DNA of 64,000 nt from positions 356,810,001 through 356,874,000 of the forward strand of contig OZ024740.1 of NCBI GenBank assembly GCA_964016885.1. Reading direction: 5' to 3'. The stretch comes from Eledone cirrhosa (Eukaryota). Position 1 is the stretch's first letter. Each line of letters begins with the position of its first letter. Positions 62,440 through 64,000 of the stretch are shown piece after piece. The notes under the pieces were generated by a model, which saw only the letters and a program-made list of their open reading frames with translations, was not told where the DNA came from and ran no database searches. The position numbers and the translations under genes are program-made.

Positions 62440-63118
62440 CGTTGTTTTTTTTATTTATTAACTCTTTATTTATTTATTAACTCTTTTTGTTTAAACTCAT
62501 TTAATATAATGGTTACAGAACGAAAACACTAACAAATATGATATATACAAAGGAAAAAGAAATAAAAAAAAAAGAAAGAGAAAAAATACACAAGAACAAT
62601 ATGCAGGCGAAAAAGTGGAAAAAGAGCCGCTATCAGAGCAAAAGATAGCAATATAGCGAGGAGCATTGGGAAACCTTTCTAATAATTTTTGAGGCAGGCC
62701 AGCACTCTCGCGGCGTTACCTGGGGTGCTGGCGAAGCTGAGGTGCTGGAACAACCAAGTGCCCTCACGAGCATCACCAGTTACCTATGTTTGGCGAGCCG
62801 CCAGTGAAGATAAGAATCTCGCTGTCAGTAGCCTGGCTCCCCTTAACGTCTCGAACGCCACAGGCTGGATAATGTAGTTAGCTGACAGATCACGGTATTT
62901 TAAGATTTTGTTCCGTTCAGCTGCGGATGCTTTGCTCTCGCCCTTACCGCTGCATCCAGAATGTGGGAAGAAGCAAATGAGTCACTAACTGTGACGTCCC
63001 AGGTAAGGCACCTGCCTCTTGACCAGGAGCACAGAGCAAGACCGTCAAGTCTTTTCCCATCAATTCAGGACAACCAGGACGGTTCCAAAATTGAAGGATG
63101 TTTGCTCTTGAGTGGTAA
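62440..63118 (-). mobile_element. CRE-type (REL endonuclease) LINE 3' fragment
   Basis: Minus: DGKRLDG..WSRGRCLTWDVTVSDSFASSH..AAERNKILKYRDL..QPVAFETL.G..FQHLSFA..GNAARVL; TAAA-rich tail. Confidence 0.8.
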
Positions 63119-63309
63119 TAGGACAGTGTGTGTATGTGCGCGCGCGTGAGTTTGTCGGCGTTCTTAAATTAGAGACATGTGTGTGCGTCACTGTTTTTAA
63201 GTTAGACATATATATGTGTGTATCCCTTTCCTTCCTTTTACACACACATACATTCACACAAACACACATACACATTGCGTGATGGACGGGTGGACAGAGG
63301 TCCCTCAAA

Positions 63310-63760
63310 TTTATATACATGTGAATGGAGTTCTACTGAAGCAGTTAGAGAAGTTCAAGTATCTCGGGGCCGTGTTCATGAGTGATGGAATGCAGGAGGC
63401 TGAATTATGTGCAAGAATTGCAAAAGCTGATTCAGTAATGCGGCAGCCTCAGCATTCAGCAATCAGATGAAGGGGGTAGGTGTAAAAGCCAAACTCGCTG
63501 TCTTCCTGGTATTCCTGCCAACTCTTACCGAGGATCATGAATCTTGAGTAATGATCAAAAGAATACAATTGCAAATAAAAGTGACAGAAATGGGATTCCT
63601 CCGAAGGGTCTTTGGAGTAACGTTACTCGATAAAGTGCATAACTCAGAGACCAGAGAGTCACTCCTGGTAGAGCCGCTACTTCTCCGAATTGAGAGACCC
63701 CAACTCCGATATTATGAGCATGTGGTTAGAATGTCTAAGTAAAGAATCGCTGGACATATA
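63310..63760 (+). mobile_element. RTE LINE fragment (related to 18836-19440)
   Basis: LEKFKYLGAVF.SDG; EMGFLRRVFGVTLLDKV..LRYYEHVVRM. Confidence 0.85.
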
Positions 63761-63764
63761 ATAA

Positions 63765-64000
63765 ATAATTATTGTGAGTAAACTGGTGGGTAATGTGATT
63801 ATTGTGGGTAGTGGTAGGTAAAATGATTATTGTGGGTAGTGGTAGGTAAAATGATTATTGTGGGTAAAATGGTGGGTAAAATAATTATTTTGGGTAAGGT
63901 GGTGGGTAAAATAATTATTGCGGGTAAACGGGTAGGTAAAATAATTGTTGAAGGTAAAATGGTAGGTAAAATAATTATTTGGGTAAAATAATTATTGTGG
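63765..64000. repeat. ~30-bp minisatellite
   Basis: Repeated aaaataattattgtgggta...ggt(a/g)ggta units; runs off the window end. Confidence 0.9.

Overview
This is AT-rich, microsatellite-dense eukaryotic intergenic or intronic DNA. The SINE family and the (TA)n density suggest a cephalopod or octopus genome (inference). I found no host exons I can support; almost all long ORF-track entries are microsatellite artefacts or transposon fragments. Recognisable content: (1) several Penelope-like retroelement (PLE) families sitting in (TA)n tracts, carrying minimal hammerhead ribozyme motifs and a recurrent 'tailless inverted arm + tailed arm' architecture that shrinks to ~170-bp hairpins; (2) a full-length but frameshifted Helitron joined head-to-tail to a non-autonomous Helitron, plus another non-autonomous Helitron; (3) a near full-length Tx1/L1-type LINE whose 39-nt ORF1-ORF2 spacer is bounded by strong splice signals that would fuse the ORFs in frame; (4) RTE, Hero and CRE LINE 3' fragments, a solo LTR, mariner and hAT-type MITEs, and many tRNA-derived SINEs; (5) an unidentified ~4-kb decayed, intronless, divergently oriented ORF pair at 38.0-42.2 kb that could be an old endogenous viral or Maverick-like element. 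All translations and alignments were done by eye, so coordinates may be off by a few bases.
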